NCBI GenBank assembly: GCA_017470645.1 | Contig: JAFUYJ010000017.1 | Location: 5,463-69,462, forward strand | Length of the DNA stretch: 64,000 nucleotides | Direction of reading: 5' to 3' | DNA from: Clostridia bacterium | Lineage (GTDB): Bacteria; Bacillota; Clostridia; TANB77; CAG-508 | Shown: positions 19,508 through 30,225 of the stretch, in pieces | Position numbering within the stretch: position 1 is the stretch's first letter | Layout: each line of letters begins with the position of its first letter | Position numbers and translations under genes: made by a program | The notes under the pieces: generated by a model | Told to the model about the DNA's origin: nothing | What the model saw: the letters and a program-made list of their open reading frames with translations, nothing else | Database searches by the model: none

Positions 19508-20278
19508 TTATAATAAAGTCAATATTTCTGGCTCATTTTCTGTAATTAAAATTGTATTTTCATAATGAGCAGCCAAACTTGCATCTTCAGTAACAATTGT
19601 CCATCCATCGTCTAGTTCTAAAATGTCTGGTTTTCCTTGAATTACCATAGGTTCGATGGCTAATGTCATACCAGGTTCTAACCTAATACCTCTTCCAGGT
19701 TTTCCATAATTTGGAATACCTGGATCTTCATGCATTTGTCTTCCTATTCCATGTCCTTGAAATTCTCTAACAACTGAATATCCATTTTTATGAACAAACT
19801 CACCAATTGCATGGCAAACATCACCAATTCTATTTCCTTTTTTTGCATATTTAATTCCTTCAAAAAATGCTTGTTCAGTAACATTTATTAAATCATATGC
19901 AGCTTTACTACCTTTTCCCACAACATAAGTTCTTGCAGCATCGCCGTTAAATCCATCTTTCAAAACAACCAAATCGATGCTAACAACATCTCCCTCTTTT
20001 AATTTAACTCTACTTGATGGAACACCATGAATAACCTCATCATTGATTGATACGCAAATAGAACCTGGAAAAGGTGGAACACCTTTAATCCCTGGATCAT
20101 AACCTTTTTCAGCAGGAAATCCCCCATTCTCTCTCATTGTCTTCTCAGCAATTCTATCCAACTCTAGCGTCGTAATCCCAGGTCTAATATTCTTTTTTAA
20201 CTCTTCATGAACCAAAGCCGTAACCCTACAAGCTTCCCTCATTAATTCAATTTCTTTTTTAGATTTTATAGTTACCAT
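19508..20278 (-). CDS. map: Methionine aminopeptidase type I
   Basis: 256 aa with the pita-bread fold metal-ligand context (DLVVLKDGFNGDAARTY, HGIG, EPM). Confidence 0.95.
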   Translation of the reverse strand: MVTIKSKKEIELMREACRVTALVHEELKKNIRPGITTLELDRIAEKTMRENGGFPAEKGYDPGIKGVPPFPGSICVSINDEVIHGVPSSRVKLKEGDVVSIDLVVLKDGFNGDAARTYVVGKGSKAAYDLINVTEQAFFEGIKYAKKGNRIGDVCHAIGEFVHKNGYSVVREFQGHGIGRQMHEDPGIPNYGKPGRGIRLEPGMTLAIEPMVIQGKPDILELDDGWTIVTEDASLAAHYENTILITENEPEILTLL

Positions 20279-20361
20279 TTTTTATACTTCCTTTTCTACT
20301 ATACACTTCCGTCTTCTTTCTTTGGTAGGATTTTTATAGTCAAATTTAACCACCTTATTAT

Positions 20362-21021
20362 TTACCCTTGAATTTGACGTAAGAAATCCTCACAAGCCTC
20401 CGCAGCCAATCTATTTATTCTCGCACTAATCTCCTCAACAATAACAATGCCCTTTTCATTATAAAAATCAACTAAAGGCTTTGTTTGAGTATCATAAATC
20501 TCTAATCTATTTCTAATAGCCTCTTCATCACTATCGTCAGCTCTAATAATTAACTCTCCACCACAATTATCGCAAATTCCTTCAACCTTAGATGGATGTA
20601 ATTTTAAATTGTATGTAGCTTTACATTTAGAACATACTCTTCTATTCATCATTCTTTCTATAATCTCATCTCTAGGAGTTTCTAGGTTCATAACCCAGTC
20701 AACTTTTTGACCTTTGCTTGCTAATATTTCATCTAATTTCTTTGCTTGTTCAAGATTTCTAGGGAAACCATCTAATATAATGCCATCTTCATCTTTTAAT
20801 TCTTCTAATCTGTTTTCAACCATAGAAATAGTAATTTCATCAGGAACTAAACATCCTTTTGAAATATACTTATTAGCTTCAACACCAAGCTCTGTTCCTT
20901 TTGAGATATTCTCTCTAAAAATATCTCCAGTTGATAATTGGATCCAACCTTTTTCTTTGTTTAAGATTCCAGCAACTGTTCCTTTTCCTGTTCCTTGTGC
21001 ACCTAACATTATTATTATCAT
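20362..21021 (-). CDS. adk: Adenylate kinase (zinc-lid type)
   Basis: P-loop GAQGTGKGT; lid CSKC...CDNCGG. Start placed at the ATG with best RBS spacing; the track start is 21027. Confidence 0.93.
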   Translation of the reverse strand: MIIIMLGAQGTGKGTVAGILNKEKGWIQLSTGDIFRENISKGTELGVEANKYISKGCLVPDEITISMVENRLEELKDEDGIILDGFPRNLEQAKKLDEILASKGQKVDWVMNLETPRDEIIERMMNRRVCSKCKATYNLKLHPSKVEGICDNCGGELIIRADDSDEEAIRNRLEIYDTQTKPLVDFYNEKGIVIVEEISARINRLAAEACEDFLRQIQG

Positions 21022-21044
21022 AATCATCTCTCCTTTTTATTTTA

Positions 21045-21133
21045 TTTTGGGATCGGGGAATGACTTTAAAAAAAATCATTCCCCCATCCCAAAACAAACT
21101 TTGAAGTTGGAAGCGAATTATTTTCTCTTCCAA
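21045..21133 (-). other. Two hairpins in the secY-adk spacer (19-bp and 8-bp stems)
   Basis: TTTTGGGATCGGGGAATGA / TCATTCCCCCATCCCAAAA (one mismatch) and GTTGGAAG / CTTCCAAC. Possible internal terminator or processing site. Confidence 0.4.
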
Positions 21134-21164
21134 CCTCTTTTGTTTATTATAGTATGGGATTTAT

Positions 21165-22520
21165 TTAGTTAAGGAATCCCTTATAATGTCTCATTACTAA
21201 GTATGATTCTAATTGTTGAACCGTCTCTAATGCTACACCTACTACAATAAGTATTGATGTACCTCCAAAAGCTAAGTTCAATTCACCTAATGTTCCAAAT
21301 CTAGCAAACATTGGTATTATAGCTATTAATGCTAAGAAAAATCCACCAACTAGCGTTAATTTAGAAATTATTGATGATAAATATTGTGTTGTTGGTTTAC
21401 CAGCTCTAATTCCTGGTATGAAACCACCATTCTTCTTAATATTGCTAGATACCTCTGCAGGATTAAATGTAGCATATGTATAGAAGAATGTGAATCCTAT
21501 AATTAGTAATATGTAAATTAAAGCATTAGCAATTACATATCCCCATGGTACAGGTACTCCTGTAGATAATTTTGTTGTAGACGTTGCAATTGATAATTTA
21601 AATAATCCAGCTAAAAAGCCATTTTGTGTAGCTATTTCTGGCTTGAATATTTGAATTATCATTGCAGGGAATGTCATGAATGATGATGCGAAAATTATTG
21701 GCATTACACCAGCCATAGCTAGTTTTAATGGAATATGTGTATTTTGCGCACCAACCATTTTTCTTCCTACAACTTTCTTTGAATATTGTACTGGTACTCT
21801 TCTTTCAGCTTGTTGTACAAAAACAACTCCTGAAACCAAGATAATTGCAGCTGCCAATATTGCTAAAGCAACAATTAAGTTAGTAGTACTAAATTTACCA
21901 TTTAATAATAATGTATCAAATATCTTTTGAATTCCTCTTGGTAATCTAGAAACAATACCAACAAAAATCAAAATTGATATACCATTTCCAATTCCTTTAC
22001 TAGAAATTTGGTCTCCTAGCCACATCAAGAATGCTGTTCCTGCCATGAAAGATAATACAACAATTGTACCTGCCATAAATCTTTCAAATGGAACTTGTGA
22101 TGAAGCTCCTATAAAATATCCTTTATATGAGAAGAATAATCCTAATCCTTCTACAAATGCAAGGAATATTGTAAGTATTTTTGTATATCTGTTTATTTTA
22201 TTTCTTCCTTCTTCTCCACCTTCTTTAGTTAATTTTTCTAAAGATGGAATTATCATACCCAATAGTTGTATAACGATTGAGGCTGTAATGTATGGAGTTA
22301 TTGACATTGCAAAAATTGAAAGATTTTCAAATGCTCCACCTGATATTGTATTTATTAATCCAGCAAATCCACCTTGGGTGAAATTTGATAATAATACTGT
22401 ATCAACATTTGGTACAGATATATAACATCCTAATCTAAATATTACTATTAATAATAATGTATATAACACTCTTTTTCTTACATCTGGAGTCTTAAAAGCG
22501 TTTTTAATGGTGTTGAACAA
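21165..22520 (-). CDS. secY: Preprotein translocase subunit SecY
   Basis: 451 aa, 10-TM pattern, conserved spc-operon position. TTG start abuts the rplO stop. Confidence 0.96.
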   Translation of the reverse strand: MFNTIKNAFKTPDVRKRVLYTLLLIVIFRLGCYISVPNVDTVLLSNFTQGGFAGLINTISGGAFENLSIFAMSITPYITASIVIQLLGMIIPSLEKLTKEGGEEGRNKINRYTKILTIFLAFVEGLGLFFSYKGYFIGASSQVPFERFMAGTIVVLSFMAGTAFLMWLGDQISSKGIGNGISILIFVGIVSRLPRGIQKIFDTLLLNGKFSTTNLIVALAILAAAIILVSGVVFVQQAERRVPVQYSKKVVGRKMVGAQNTHIPLKLAMAGVMPIIFASSFMTFPAMIIQIFKPEIATQNGFLAGLFKLSIATSTTKLSTGVPVPWGYVIANALIYILLIIGFTFFYTYATFNPAEVSSNIKKNGGFIPGIRAGKPTTQYLSSIISKLTLVGGFFLALIAIIPMFARFGTLGELNLAFGGTSILIVVGVALETVQQLESYLVMRHYKGFLN

Positions 22521-22955
22521 TTAAATCACCTCTGTCTTTCCTCCTAAAGCTTCGATTTTTTCTTGAGCAGCTTTAGTAAATCTTTTAGCTTTTACAGCTA
22601 ATTTTTTCTCTAAGTTTCCTGTAGCTATAACTACGATACCGTCATTGGCTTTGCTTATTATTCCGTCAGCGATTAAGCTTTCTGCTGTAACTTCTTCAGT
22701 AGTAGCTTTATTTAACATTGTTAAAGTTACTTCTGTATAGTTTTTAGCATGAATATTTGTAAATCCTCTTTTTGGTAATCTTCTATATAATGGTGTTTGA
22801 CCACCTTCAAAACCTCTTCTAACTCCGCCGCCTGTTCTAGCCTTTTGACCTTTATGTCCTCTTCCTGAAGTTTTTCCTAGTCCTGAACCTATTCCACGTC
22901 CTACCCTAGTTCTTGTCTTTCCTTCTTGTGCTGGGCTTAATTCGTCTAATTTCAT
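22521..22955 (-). CDS. rplO: 50S ribosomal protein L15
   Basis: [40 protein letters not shown]... Confidence 0.96.
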   Translation of the reverse strand: MKLDELSPAQEGKTRTRVGRGIGSGLGKTSGRGHKGQKARTGGGVRRGFEGGQTPLYRRLPKRGFTNIHAKNYTEVTLTMLNKATTEEVTAESLIADGIISKANDGIVVIATGNLEKKLAVKAKRFTKAAQEKIEALGGKTEVI

Positions 22956-23026
22956 TGTGCGGTTACACCTCCTTATTCTTAATTATAATTAGTATATACT
23001 ATAACTTTTTATATTTCAATAATAAA

Positions 23027-23515
23027 TTATAAAATATCTTCTACTTTTTTACCTCTTTTTGCAGCTACTTGTTCGATAGTTTGCATTGATTTTAAACCTT
23101 CGATTGTAGCATAAACAACGTTTCTAGGATTGTTTGTTCCTATAACTTTTGTTCTAATATTTTTGTAACCTGCAAGTTCTAGAACTGGTCTAACGCTTCC
23201 ACCAGCAATAACTCCAGTACCTTCTGCAGCTGGTTTTAACATAACTTTTGCACTACCAAAAGTTCCAACAAATTCATGTGGTACAGTTGTTTTAACAATT
23301 GGAACTTCTACTAAGTTTTTCTTAGCTTCTTCAATTGCTTTTCTGATAGCATCTGGAACTTCAGCTGCTTTACCATTTCCAACACCTACATGACCATTTT
23401 CGTCACCAACAACAACTACAGCACTAAATCTAAAAGTTCTACCACCTTTAACAACTTTAGCAACTCTGTTTATAGCAACAACTTTTTCTTTTAATTCTGC
23501 TACTGTATTTTCCAT
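23027..23515 (-). CDS. rpsE: 30S ribosomal protein S5
   Basis: [27 protein letters not shown]... Confidence 0.97.
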   Translation of the reverse strand: MENTVAELKEKVVAINRVAKVVKGGRTFRFSAVVVVGDENGHVGVGNGKAAEVPDAIRKAIEEAKKNLVEVPIVKTTVPHEFVGTFGSAKVMLKPAAEGTGVIAGGSVRPVLELAGYKNIRTKVIGTNNPRNVVYATIEGLKSMQTIEQVAAKRGKKVEDIL

Positions 23516-23580
23516 TGATTTAATTTTCCCTCCTTCATTATTTTAAAGTGATTTATTATAAACTCTTTATAATTGCAAAA

Positions 23581-23940
23581 TTAGAATTCTAAACCTGCTT
23601 CTCTTGCAGCTTCAGCTAATTCTTTAACTACACCGTGATATACGTAACCACTTCTATCAAAAACTATTGTTTTGATATTTTTGTCTAAAGCTCTTTTTGC
23701 TATTAAAGCCCCTACTTCTTTAGCAGCTTCTTTATTTGAATGTTTAGTTTTTACTTCTTTATCTAATGTAGAAGCACTTACTAATGTATTTCCAGCAACA
23801 TCATCAATTATTTGAACAAATAAGTTGTTGTTACTTCTATAAACACACATTCTTGGACATTCTGGTGTTCCGCTTATTTTTCTACGAACTCTTATATGTC
23901 TTCTTTTAACTTCGAATTTTCTATTTGTTTTAGAAACCAT
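23581..23940 (-). CDS. rplR: 50S ribosomal protein L18
   Basis: [34 protein letters not shown]... Confidence 0.96.
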   Translation of the reverse strand: MVSKTNRKFEVKRRHIRVRRKISGTPECPRMCVYRSNNNLFVQIIDDVAGNTLVSASTLDKEVKTKHSNKEAAKEVGALIAKRALDKNIKTIVFDRSGYVYHGVVKELAEAAREAGLEF

Positions 23941-24041
23941 TTTTATTACTCCTTTCTAACTAATGTAACAGCATTAGTTGTTTCGATTGGTTAATTATTA
24001 TTTCATTAAACATTTGGTTAAACAGATACCAAACTATATTT

Positions 24042-24581
24042 CTATTTCTTACCTGCTTTACCTTCTTTTCTTCTGATATGCTCTTCAGCATATTTGATAC
24101 CTTTACCTCTATATACTTCAGGTGGTCTCTTTGTTCTAACAACAGCTGCTGTTTGACCAACAACTTCTTTGTCAATACCTTTAACTATAATTGTATTAGG
24201 ATTTGGAACTTCAAAAGTAATTCCTTCTGGAGCGTCCATTTCAACTGGATGTGAATATCCTAAATTCATTACTAATTTTTTACCTTTTAATTGTGCTCTA
24301 TATCCAACACCATTAACTTCCAATGTTCTAGAGAATTGTTTTTCAACACCTTCGATCATGTTGTTAATAAGTGTTCTTGTTAATCCATGTAAACTTCTGT
24401 TAAAAGCTTCATCATCAGGTCTTTTTACTGTGATTTCTGTACCATTTACAGAAACTTCCATATTCTTATGTAATTCTTTTGTTAAAGTTCCTTTAGGACC
24501 TTTTACAGTAATTACATTACCGTCTAATGTAACTTCAACACCTGCTGGTATTGTTATAGGTTTATTTCCTATTCTTGACAT
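24042..24581 (-). CDS. rplF: 50S ribosomal protein L6
   Basis: [31 protein letters not shown]... Confidence 0.97.
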   Translation of the reverse strand: MSRIGNKPITIPAGVEVTLDGNVITVKGPKGTLTKELHKNMEVSVNGTEITVKRPDDEAFNRSLHGLTRTLINNMIEGVEKQFSRTLEVNGVGYRAQLKGKKLVMNLGYSHPVEMDAPEGITFEVPNPNTIIVKGIDKEVVGQTAAVVRTKRPPEVYRGKGIKYAEEHIRRKEGKAGKK

Positions 24582-24635
24582 GGTTCTTCCTCCTTCTTAT
24601 AATTCATTTTTTACTGGTATATATACAATGTGATA

Positions 24636-25037
24636 TTACCATACATAAGCTAAAACTTCTCCACCTAATCCTAGGTTTCTAGCTTCTTTATCTGTTTTAA
24701 TTCCTTTTGATGTAGAGATTAATGCAATTCCTAAACCATTTAATACTTGTGGTAATTCATCTTTAGATGCATAAACTCTTAAACCTGGTTTACTAATTCT
24801 TTTTAATCCATCAATTACTCTATTACCTTTTTCATCATATTTTAAAGTGATTCTTATAATCCCTTGATTATTTTCACTTTTTATTTCTTCTAATGATTTG
24901 ATATATCCTTCATTTAACAATATGTTAGCTATAGCTAATTTCATGTTTGATGCAGGAACATCTACTGTTTTATGTTTTGAACTATTTGCATTTCTTATTC
25001 TTGTTAGCATATCTGCTATTGGATCAGTAGTTATCAA
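24636..25037 (-). CDS. rpsH: 30S ribosomal protein S8
   Basis: [19 protein letters not shown]... Confidence 0.97.
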   Translation of the reverse strand: MITTDPIADMLTRIRNANSSKHKTVDVPASNMKLAIANILLNEGYIKSLEEIKSENNQGIIRITLKYDEKGNRVIDGLKRISKPGLRVYASKDELPQVLNGLGIALISTSKGIKTDKEARNLGLGGEVLAYVW

Positions 25038-25081
25038 TTTCTATACCTCCTTTTTTGTAATCTCAAGCGGTTTACTAAATT

Positions 25082-25267
25082 TTACCAACTTGCTTTTTTA
25101 ACACCTGGAATTTCGCCTTTGTGTGCTAATTCTCTAAAGCATACACGGCAGATTCCAAATTTTCTAATATATGCGTGTGGACGTCCACAAATCTTACATC
25201 TATTATATTCGCGTGTGCTGAATTTTTGTTCTTTTTGTTGTTTTACTTTTAAAGATTTCTTAGCCAT
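25082..25267 (-). CDS. rpsN: 30S ribosomal protein S14 type Z (zinc-binding, 61 aa)
   Basis: [25 protein letters not shown] (CxxC...CxxC). Confidence 0.96.
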   Translation of the reverse strand: MAKKSLKVKQQKEQKFSTREYNRCKICGRPHAYIRKFGICRVCFRELAHKGEIPGVKKASW

Positions 25268-25334
25268 ATTTTAGCTTTTCCTCCTTTTACAAATTTCTTG
25301 AAATTAATTAAAAGTTGCTTTCAACTAATTTCCT

Positions 25335-25458
25335 AAAATTAATTAAAAGTAGTAAGATGTGCATTTTTGCGAATTAATCAAGACGAAGGTGTACGTATGT
25401 ACATCGAGGTTTGATTAATGAAGCGAAAATGTGCAGATTGCTGCTTTTAATTAATTTT
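25335..25458. repeat. 124-nt extended hairpin in the rplE-rpsN spacer (right arm overlaps last 8 nt of rplE)
   Basis: Arms AAAATTAATTAAAAGTAGTAAGATGTGCATTTTTGCG... / ...CGAAAATGTGCAGATTGCTGCTTTTAATTAATTTT. Apical stem GTGTAC-GTAT-GTACAT. A third direct copy of AAATTAATTAAAAGT is at 25300-25314. Confidence 0.7.
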
Positions 25459-25990
25459 TGAATGGCATTCCTAACAATGTTAATAGCTCTTTAGCTTCTT
25501 CGTCAGTTTGAGCTGTTGTAACAAATATTATATCCATACCTCTAATTTTATCAATTTTGTCATATTCAATTTCAGGGAATATTAATTGTTCTTTAATACC
25601 CATTGAATAATTTCCTCTTCCATCAAAAGAGTTAGCTGATACTCCTCTAAAATCTCTTACTCTTGGAAGTGCTACATTGAATAGTTTGTATGCAAAATCA
25701 TACATTTTACCTTTTCTTAAAGTAACTTTACATCCAATGTTAACTCCTTCTCTTAACTTAAATGCAGCTATAGCTTTTTTAGATTTTGTTATAATTGGTT
25801 TTTGACCTGTGATTATAGATAAATCATTTACTGCATTTTCTAATGATTTAGGATTTTCTTTTGTATCACCTAAACCTATATTAATAACTATTTTATCTAA
25901 TTTTGGAACCTGCATAACTGATGTATAATTGAATTTTTTCATCATTGCTGGTATAACTTCTTTTTCATATTGTTCTCTTAAAATTTCCAT
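25451..25990 (-). CDS. rplE: 50S ribosomal protein L5
   Basis: 179 aa; ...[14 protein letters not shown]... RDFRG... conserved L5 blocks. Confidence 0.97.
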   Translation of the reverse strand: MEILREQYEKEVIPAMMKKFNYTSVMQVPKLDKIVINIGLGDTKENPKSLENAVNDLSIITGQKPIITKSKKAIAAFKLREGVNIGCKVTLRKGKMYDFAYKLFNVALPRVRDFRGVSANSFDGRGNYSMGIKEQLIFPEIEYDKIDKIRGMDIIFVTTAQTDEEAKELLTLLGMPFKN

Positions 25991-26013
25991 AAGTCTTCAA
26001 TAGACCTCCTTTC

Positions 26014-26325
26014 TTATTTTAATTTTGCACCACATTTTTTACAAACACGAACTTTATTTTCTTTATCCATTTCAAATCCGATTCTTGTAGCTTTTCCGCA
26101 TTTTGGACATACTACGCTAACTTTACTTGCATGGATTGGGAATTCTGATGAAATTATTCCACCTTCATCTCCTGCTCTTCTTGGTTTAACGTGTTTTTTC
26201 TTTATATTAATTCCTTTAACAAGGATTTTTTCTGTTTTTGGTAATACTTCTAAAACTTCTCCAGTTTTACCTTTATCATTTCCTGATAAAACTTTAACTG
26301 TGTCACCTTTTTTAATTCTTAACAT
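26014..26325 (-). CDS. rplX: 50S ribosomal protein L24 with C-terminal CxxC...CxxC ribbon
   Basis: [24 protein letters not shown] (KOW). C-terminal [35 protein letters not shown] 26325 follows RBS AGAGGTG; the track start 26349 is a TTG. Confidence 0.93.
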   Translation of the reverse strand: MLRIKKGDTVKVLSGNDKGKTGEVLEVLPKTEKILVKGINIKKKHVKPRRAGDEGGIISSEFPIHASKVSVVCPKCGKATRIGFEMDKENKVRVCKKCGAKLK

Positions 26326-26373
26326 TACTTTTTTCACCTCTTTATTCAAGATTATTAATTATTTAGCTACCTC

Positions 26374-26742
26374 CTATAGAACTTCTGGAGCTAGTGAAAG
26401 AATTTTCATATATCCCTTATCTCTTAATTCTCTAGCGATTGGCCCAAATATACGAGTTCCTTTTGGAGTACCATCTTCTTTTAATATAACTGCAGCGTTT
26501 TCATCAAATCTTATGTATGAACCGTCTGCTCTTCTTACAGGTTTCTTAGTTCTAACTACAACAGCTTTAACTACGTCACCTTTTTTAACAACGCCACCTG
26601 GTGTAGCTGTTTTAACAGAAGCAACTATTATGTCTCCTACTCCTGCGTATTTTCTATAAGAACCACCTAAACATCTAATAACCATTATTTCTTTAGCACC
26701 TGTGTTATCAGCTACTTTTAATATTGATTGTTGTTGTACCAT
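26374..26742 (-). CDS. rplN: 50S ribosomal protein L14
   Basis: [23 protein letters not shown]... Confidence 0.97.
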   Translation of the reverse strand: MVQQQSILKVADNTGAKEIMVIRCLGGSYRKYAGVGDIIVASVKTATPGGVVKKGDVVKAVVVRTKKPVRRADGSYIRFDENAAVILKEDGTPKGTRIFGPIARELRDKGYMKILSLAPEVL

Positions 26743-26790
26743 TTCAGTAAATTCCCTCCTTTTATAAAATTATTTTACTCTTTAAAAATC

Positions 26791-27051
26791 TTATTTTATT
26801 ATTGCCTTTTCAACTACTTCAACAACTCTCCATCTTTTATCTTTTGATAGAGGTCTTGTTTCCATAACTTTTACTTTGTCTCCAACTTGGCATTCATTGT
26901 TCTCATCATGAGCTTTTAATTTATATGTTTTCTTTTGGATTTTGCTGTATATTTTGTGTTTAACGTTTGTTTCAACAGCTACAACAACAGTTTTATCCAT
27001 TTTGTCAGAAACAACTGTACCGATCATTACTTTACGATCATTTCTTTCCAT
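26791..27051 (-). CDS. rpsQ: 30S ribosomal protein S17
   Basis: [22 protein letters not shown]... Confidence 0.96.
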   Translation of the reverse strand: MERNDRKVMIGTVVSDKMDKTVVVAVETNVKHKIYSKIQKKTYKLKAHDENNECQVGDKVKVMETRPLSKDKRWRVVEVVEKAIIK

Positions 27052-27139
27052 GTTACAATCTCCTTTCTTAGAATTGTTTTACATGAATTACAATTTCATT
27101 GCAATACATTAAATTACATTAACTTATACTAATTGATAA

Positions 27140-27343
27140 TTAGTTTTTTTCAGCTATTTCTCTACTTCTCATTTCAGTTTTTACTCTAGCTATATCTCTT
27201 CTAACTTCTCTAATTCTCATAGGATTATCCAAACCATTTGTTTTTGATGAAAATCTTAATTTGAATAATTCTGATTTTAATTCTCCTAATTCTTTTTCTA
27301 GATCAGATGAAGACATTTCTCTTATTTTATTTATTTTCATCAT
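27140..27343 (-). CDS. rpmC: 50S ribosomal protein L29
   Basis: [30 protein letters not shown]... Start overlaps the rplP 3' end; exact ATG (27343 or 27340) uncertain. Confidence 0.93.
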   Translation of the reverse strand: MMKINKIREMSSSDLEKELGELKSELFKLRFSSKTNGLDNPMRIREVRRDIARVKTEMRSREIAEKN

Positions 27344-27770
27344 TATCACCACCTAATTCAGATTCCTTTTTTACAAATTTACATTTAACAGATAATTTAT
27401 TAGCTGCTAATCTTAAAGCTTCTCTAGCTGTTTCCTCTGGAACACCAGCTAATTCAAACATTACTCTACCTGGTTTTGCAACTGCAACCCAGTAAGTAAC
27501 AGCACCTTTACCTTTACCCATACGAGTACCGATACCTTTATTTGTGATTGGTTTGTCTGGGAATAATTTAATCCAAACTTTACCACCTCTTTTAATGTAA
27601 CGAGTCATAGCAACACGGGCAGCTTCTATTTGATTAGAAGTAATAAGCCCACCTTCTACTGCTTGAATACCATATTCACCGTCAGTAACTCTATTTCCTC
27701 TTGTTGCTTTACCTCTCATTCTACCTTTTTGTTGTTTTCTATATTTTGTTCTTTTTGGCATTAATGGCAT
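27327..27770 (-). CDS. rplP: 50S ribosomal protein L16 (short acidic C-terminal tail)
   Basis: [23 protein letters not shown]...; tail ...[14 protein letters not shown]. Confidence 0.96.
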   Translation of the reverse strand: MPLMPKRTKYRKQQKGRMRGKATRGNRVTDGEYGIQAVEGGLITSNQIEAARVAMTRYIKRGGKVWIKLFPDKPITNKGIGTRMGKGKGAVTYWVAVAKPGRVMFELAGVPEETAREALRLAANKLSVKCKFVKKESELGGDNDENK

Positions 27771-28432
27771 TATTTTTCTCCTCCTTCCACGTTAGCTTTT
27801 TTAGCTGGAAGAACTTCTCCTTTATAAATCCAAACTTTAACACCGATTTTTCCGTATGTTGTATCTGCTTCAGCAAATCCATAGTCAATATCAGCTCTTA
27901 ATGTTTGAAGTGGTATTGTACCTTCTTTGTAGAATTCAGTTCTAGCCATGTCTGCTCCACCTAATCTTCCAGATACTGCAGTTTTAATACCTAAAGCACC
28001 TGCTTTCATAGTTTTTTGCATACATTGTTTCATAGCTCTTCTGAATGAAATTCTTCTTTCTAATTGTCCTGCAATGTTTTCAGCAACTAATTGTGCATCA
28101 ACATCAACATTCTTAACCTCAACTATATTTAGGTTAACATCTTTACCTATCATTTTTTCTAATTCTGCTTTTAATATTTCAGCATAGTTTCCACCTTTAC
28201 CAATTACTAAACCTGGTTTAGCTGTGAAAACATTAACTTTAACAAATTTAGCTGTTCTTTCAATTTCGATTTTTGAAATTCCGCTAATATATAATTTCTT
28301 TTTAACATATTTACGAATTTTGTTATCTTCAACTAAGTAATCTGCAAAATCTTTTTTATCTGCATACCATTTTGAACTCCAATCTTTGATAACACCAACT
28401 CTTAATCCATGTGGATCCATTTTTTGTCCCAT
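27770..28432 (-). CDS. rpsC: 30S ribosomal protein S3
   Basis: [24 protein letters not shown]... Confidence 0.97.
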   Translation of the reverse strand: MGQKMDPHGLRVGVIKDWSSKWYADKKDFADYLVEDNKIRKYVKKKLYISGISKIEIERTAKFVKVNVFTAKPGLVIGKGGNYAEILKAELEKMIGKDVNLNIVEVKNVDVDAQLVAENIAGQLERRISFRRAMKQCMQKTMKAGALGIKTAVSGRLGGADMARTEFYKEGTIPLQTLRADIDYGFAEADTTYGKIGVKVWIYKGEVLPAKKANVEGGEK

Positions 28433-28454
28433 GACTTAAATTCCTCCTTTCTCA

Positions 28455-28811
28455 TTATGCTCTTTCTCTTAATTTAATTGTAATATGAGATGTTCTCTTT
28501 CTAATTCTAACTGCTGAACCTTTTGCAGCTGGTCTAATTCTCTTCATTGTTGGACCTTGGTTTGCATAGATTTCAGCAACATATAAATTATTAGATGACA
28601 TACCGTGATTATTTTCAGCATTTGCAATTGCTGATTTTAATAATTTTTCTAATACTTCAGATGATGCTTTAGGTGTGAATTTCACAATTGCTAAAGCTTC
28701 TTTAGCATCTTTACCTCTTATTAAATCTGCTACTATTTTAACTTTTCTAGCTGAAATTCTAGCATTTTTAAGAGTTGCTACTGCTTCTGGAACGATAACT
28801 GTTTCTTCCAT
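28455..28811 (-). CDS. rplV: 50S ribosomal protein L22
   Basis: [32 protein letters not shown]... Confidence 0.96.
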   Translation of the reverse strand: MEETVIVPEAVATLKNARISARKVKIVADLIRGKDAKEALAIVKFTPKASSEVLEKLLKSAIANAENNHGMSSNNLYVAEIYANQGPTMKRIRPAAKGSAVRIRKRTSHITIKLRERA

Positions 28812-28851
28812 TTTTTACCTCCTTATTTATTTAAGAAATTCTCTTTATTAA

Positions 28852-29124
28852 TTATTTTGTTGTTTTATCTCCTGAGTGTCCTTTGAATGTTCTTGTAGGA
28901 GCAAATTCTCCTAATTTATGTCCTATCATTTCTTCTGATATATAAACAGGTACATGTTTTCTACCATCATGAACAGCTATTGTGTGTCCAACCATTTGTG
29001 GGTAAATAGTAGAAGCTCTTGACCATGTTTTTAATACTGTTTTTTCTCCTGATTCATTCATTGCTTCAATTCTTTTTAATAGCTTTGGAGCTACGAATGG
29101 CATTTTCTTACTTGATCTTGACAT
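28852..29124 (-). CDS. rpsS: 30S ribosomal protein S19
   Basis: [19 protein letters not shown]...[20 protein letters not shown] 29124 follows RBS AAGGAGGG; the track ORF starts further upstream. Confidence 0.96.
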   Translation of the reverse strand: MSRSSKKMPFVAPKLLKRIEAMNESGEKTVLKTWSRASTIYPQMVGHTIAVHDGRKHVPVYISEEMIGHKLGEFAPTRTFKGHSGDKTTK

Positions 29125-29192
29125 ATTTTTTGTTTCCCTCCTTATTTGTTGGTTTAAAATTACTCTTGCGCTTGATATCTCAAGCAACTATT

Positions 29193-30020
29193 TTATTTTC
29201 TTCTCTTAACAATAAATTTATTTGATAATTTATTTTTCTTTCTTGTTTTATATCCAAGTGCTGGTTTACCCCAAGGAGTCATTGGACCTGCGTGTCCTAC
29301 TGGTGCTCTACCTTCACCACCACCATGAGGGTGATCATTAGGGTTCATTACAGAACCTCTAACTTCAGGTCTTTTACCTAAATGTCTAGTTCTTCCGGCT
29401 TTACCTAATTTAACGTTTTCGTGGTCTGAGTTACCTACTGTACCGATTGTTGCTCTACATACAGCCATTATTAATCTCATTTCTCCAGATGGTAATCTTA
29501 CGTGAGCATATTTACCTTCTTTAGCCATTAATTGAGCTTCTTGACCAGCTGCTCTTACTAATTTTCCACCTTGACCTGGATTTAATTCGATATTGTGAAT
29601 CATAGTACCTACAGGAATGCTTTCAATCTTCATGCAGTTTCCTGGTTTGATATCAGCTTTATCTCCTGATACTACTTTATCTCCGTCTTTTAATCCGATT
29701 GGAGCTAAGATATATGATTTAGTTCCATCTTCATATTCGATTAATGCAATATTTGCACTTCTGTTTGGATCATATTCGATACCAATAACTGTTGCTTCCA
29801 TATCATCTTTTAGACGTTTGAAGTCTATTTTTCTATATTTTTGTCTGTTTCCTCCACCATGATGTCTAACAGTTATTCTACCAGATGAGTTTCTACCTGC
29901 ATTTTTCTTTTTTGTTGTTAATAAAGATTTTTCAGGAGTTTTCTTTGTGATTTCATCAAATGTAGAAACTGTCATGTTTCTTAATGATGGAGTAGTTGGT
30001 CTAAAATGTTTCATTCCCAT
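29193..30020 (-). CDS. rplB: 50S ribosomal protein L2
   Basis: 275 aa; ...[16 protein letters not shown]...[13 protein letters not shown]... Confidence 0.97.
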   Translation of the reverse strand: MGMKHFRPTTPSLRNMTVSTFDEITKKTPEKSLLTTKKKNAGRNSSGRITVRHHGGGNRQKYRKIDFKRLKDDMEATVIGIEYDPNRSANIALIEYEDGTKSYILAPIGLKDGDKVVSGDKADIKPGNCMKIESIPVGTMIHNIELNPGQGGKLVRAAGQEAQLMAKEGKYAHVRLPSGEMRLIMAVCRATIGTVGNSDHENVKLGKAGRTRHLGKRPEVRGSVMNPNDHPHGGGEGRAPVGHAGPMTPWGKPALGYKTRKKNKLSNKFIVKRRK

Positions 30021-30058
30021 TTTTAATTCTCTCCTTTTAAATTAATTTATTTTCCGAG

Positions 30059-30223
30059 TTATCTCTCGATATCTTCATCTTGTTTTACTTTATTTTTTTC
30101 ATCTTCTGACTTTTTTTCTACTGATTTCTTAATTGCTTCAGTAAAGCTTTTTCCATCAGAAACATGTAAAACAATACTTTTCTTAAATTTTTCGATTATA
30201 TTATCATCAAATTTATCTGGCAT
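30059..30223 (-). CDS. Unannotated 54-aa charged ORF between rplW and rplB
   Basis: Own translation: MPDKFDDNIIEKFKKSIVLHVSDGKSFTEAIKKSVEKKSEDEKNKVKQDEDIER. The ATG lies 2 nt after the rplW stop. The ORF fills 165 of the 205-nt spacer, on the same strand as the operon. Confidence 0.5.
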   Translation of the reverse strand: MPDKFDDNIIEKFKKSIVLHVSDGKSFTEAIKKSVEKKSEDEKNKVKQDEDIER

Positions 30224-30225
30224 AA

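Noticed and set aside
25355-25365. 11-mer AGTAAGATGTG shared between the 25.3 kb hairpin (plus strand) and the S10 leader (minus strand, about 32711-32721).
   Set aside because: The similarity does not extend beyond the 11-mer. By my rough composition estimate the chance expectation is a few percent, and many comparisons were made.
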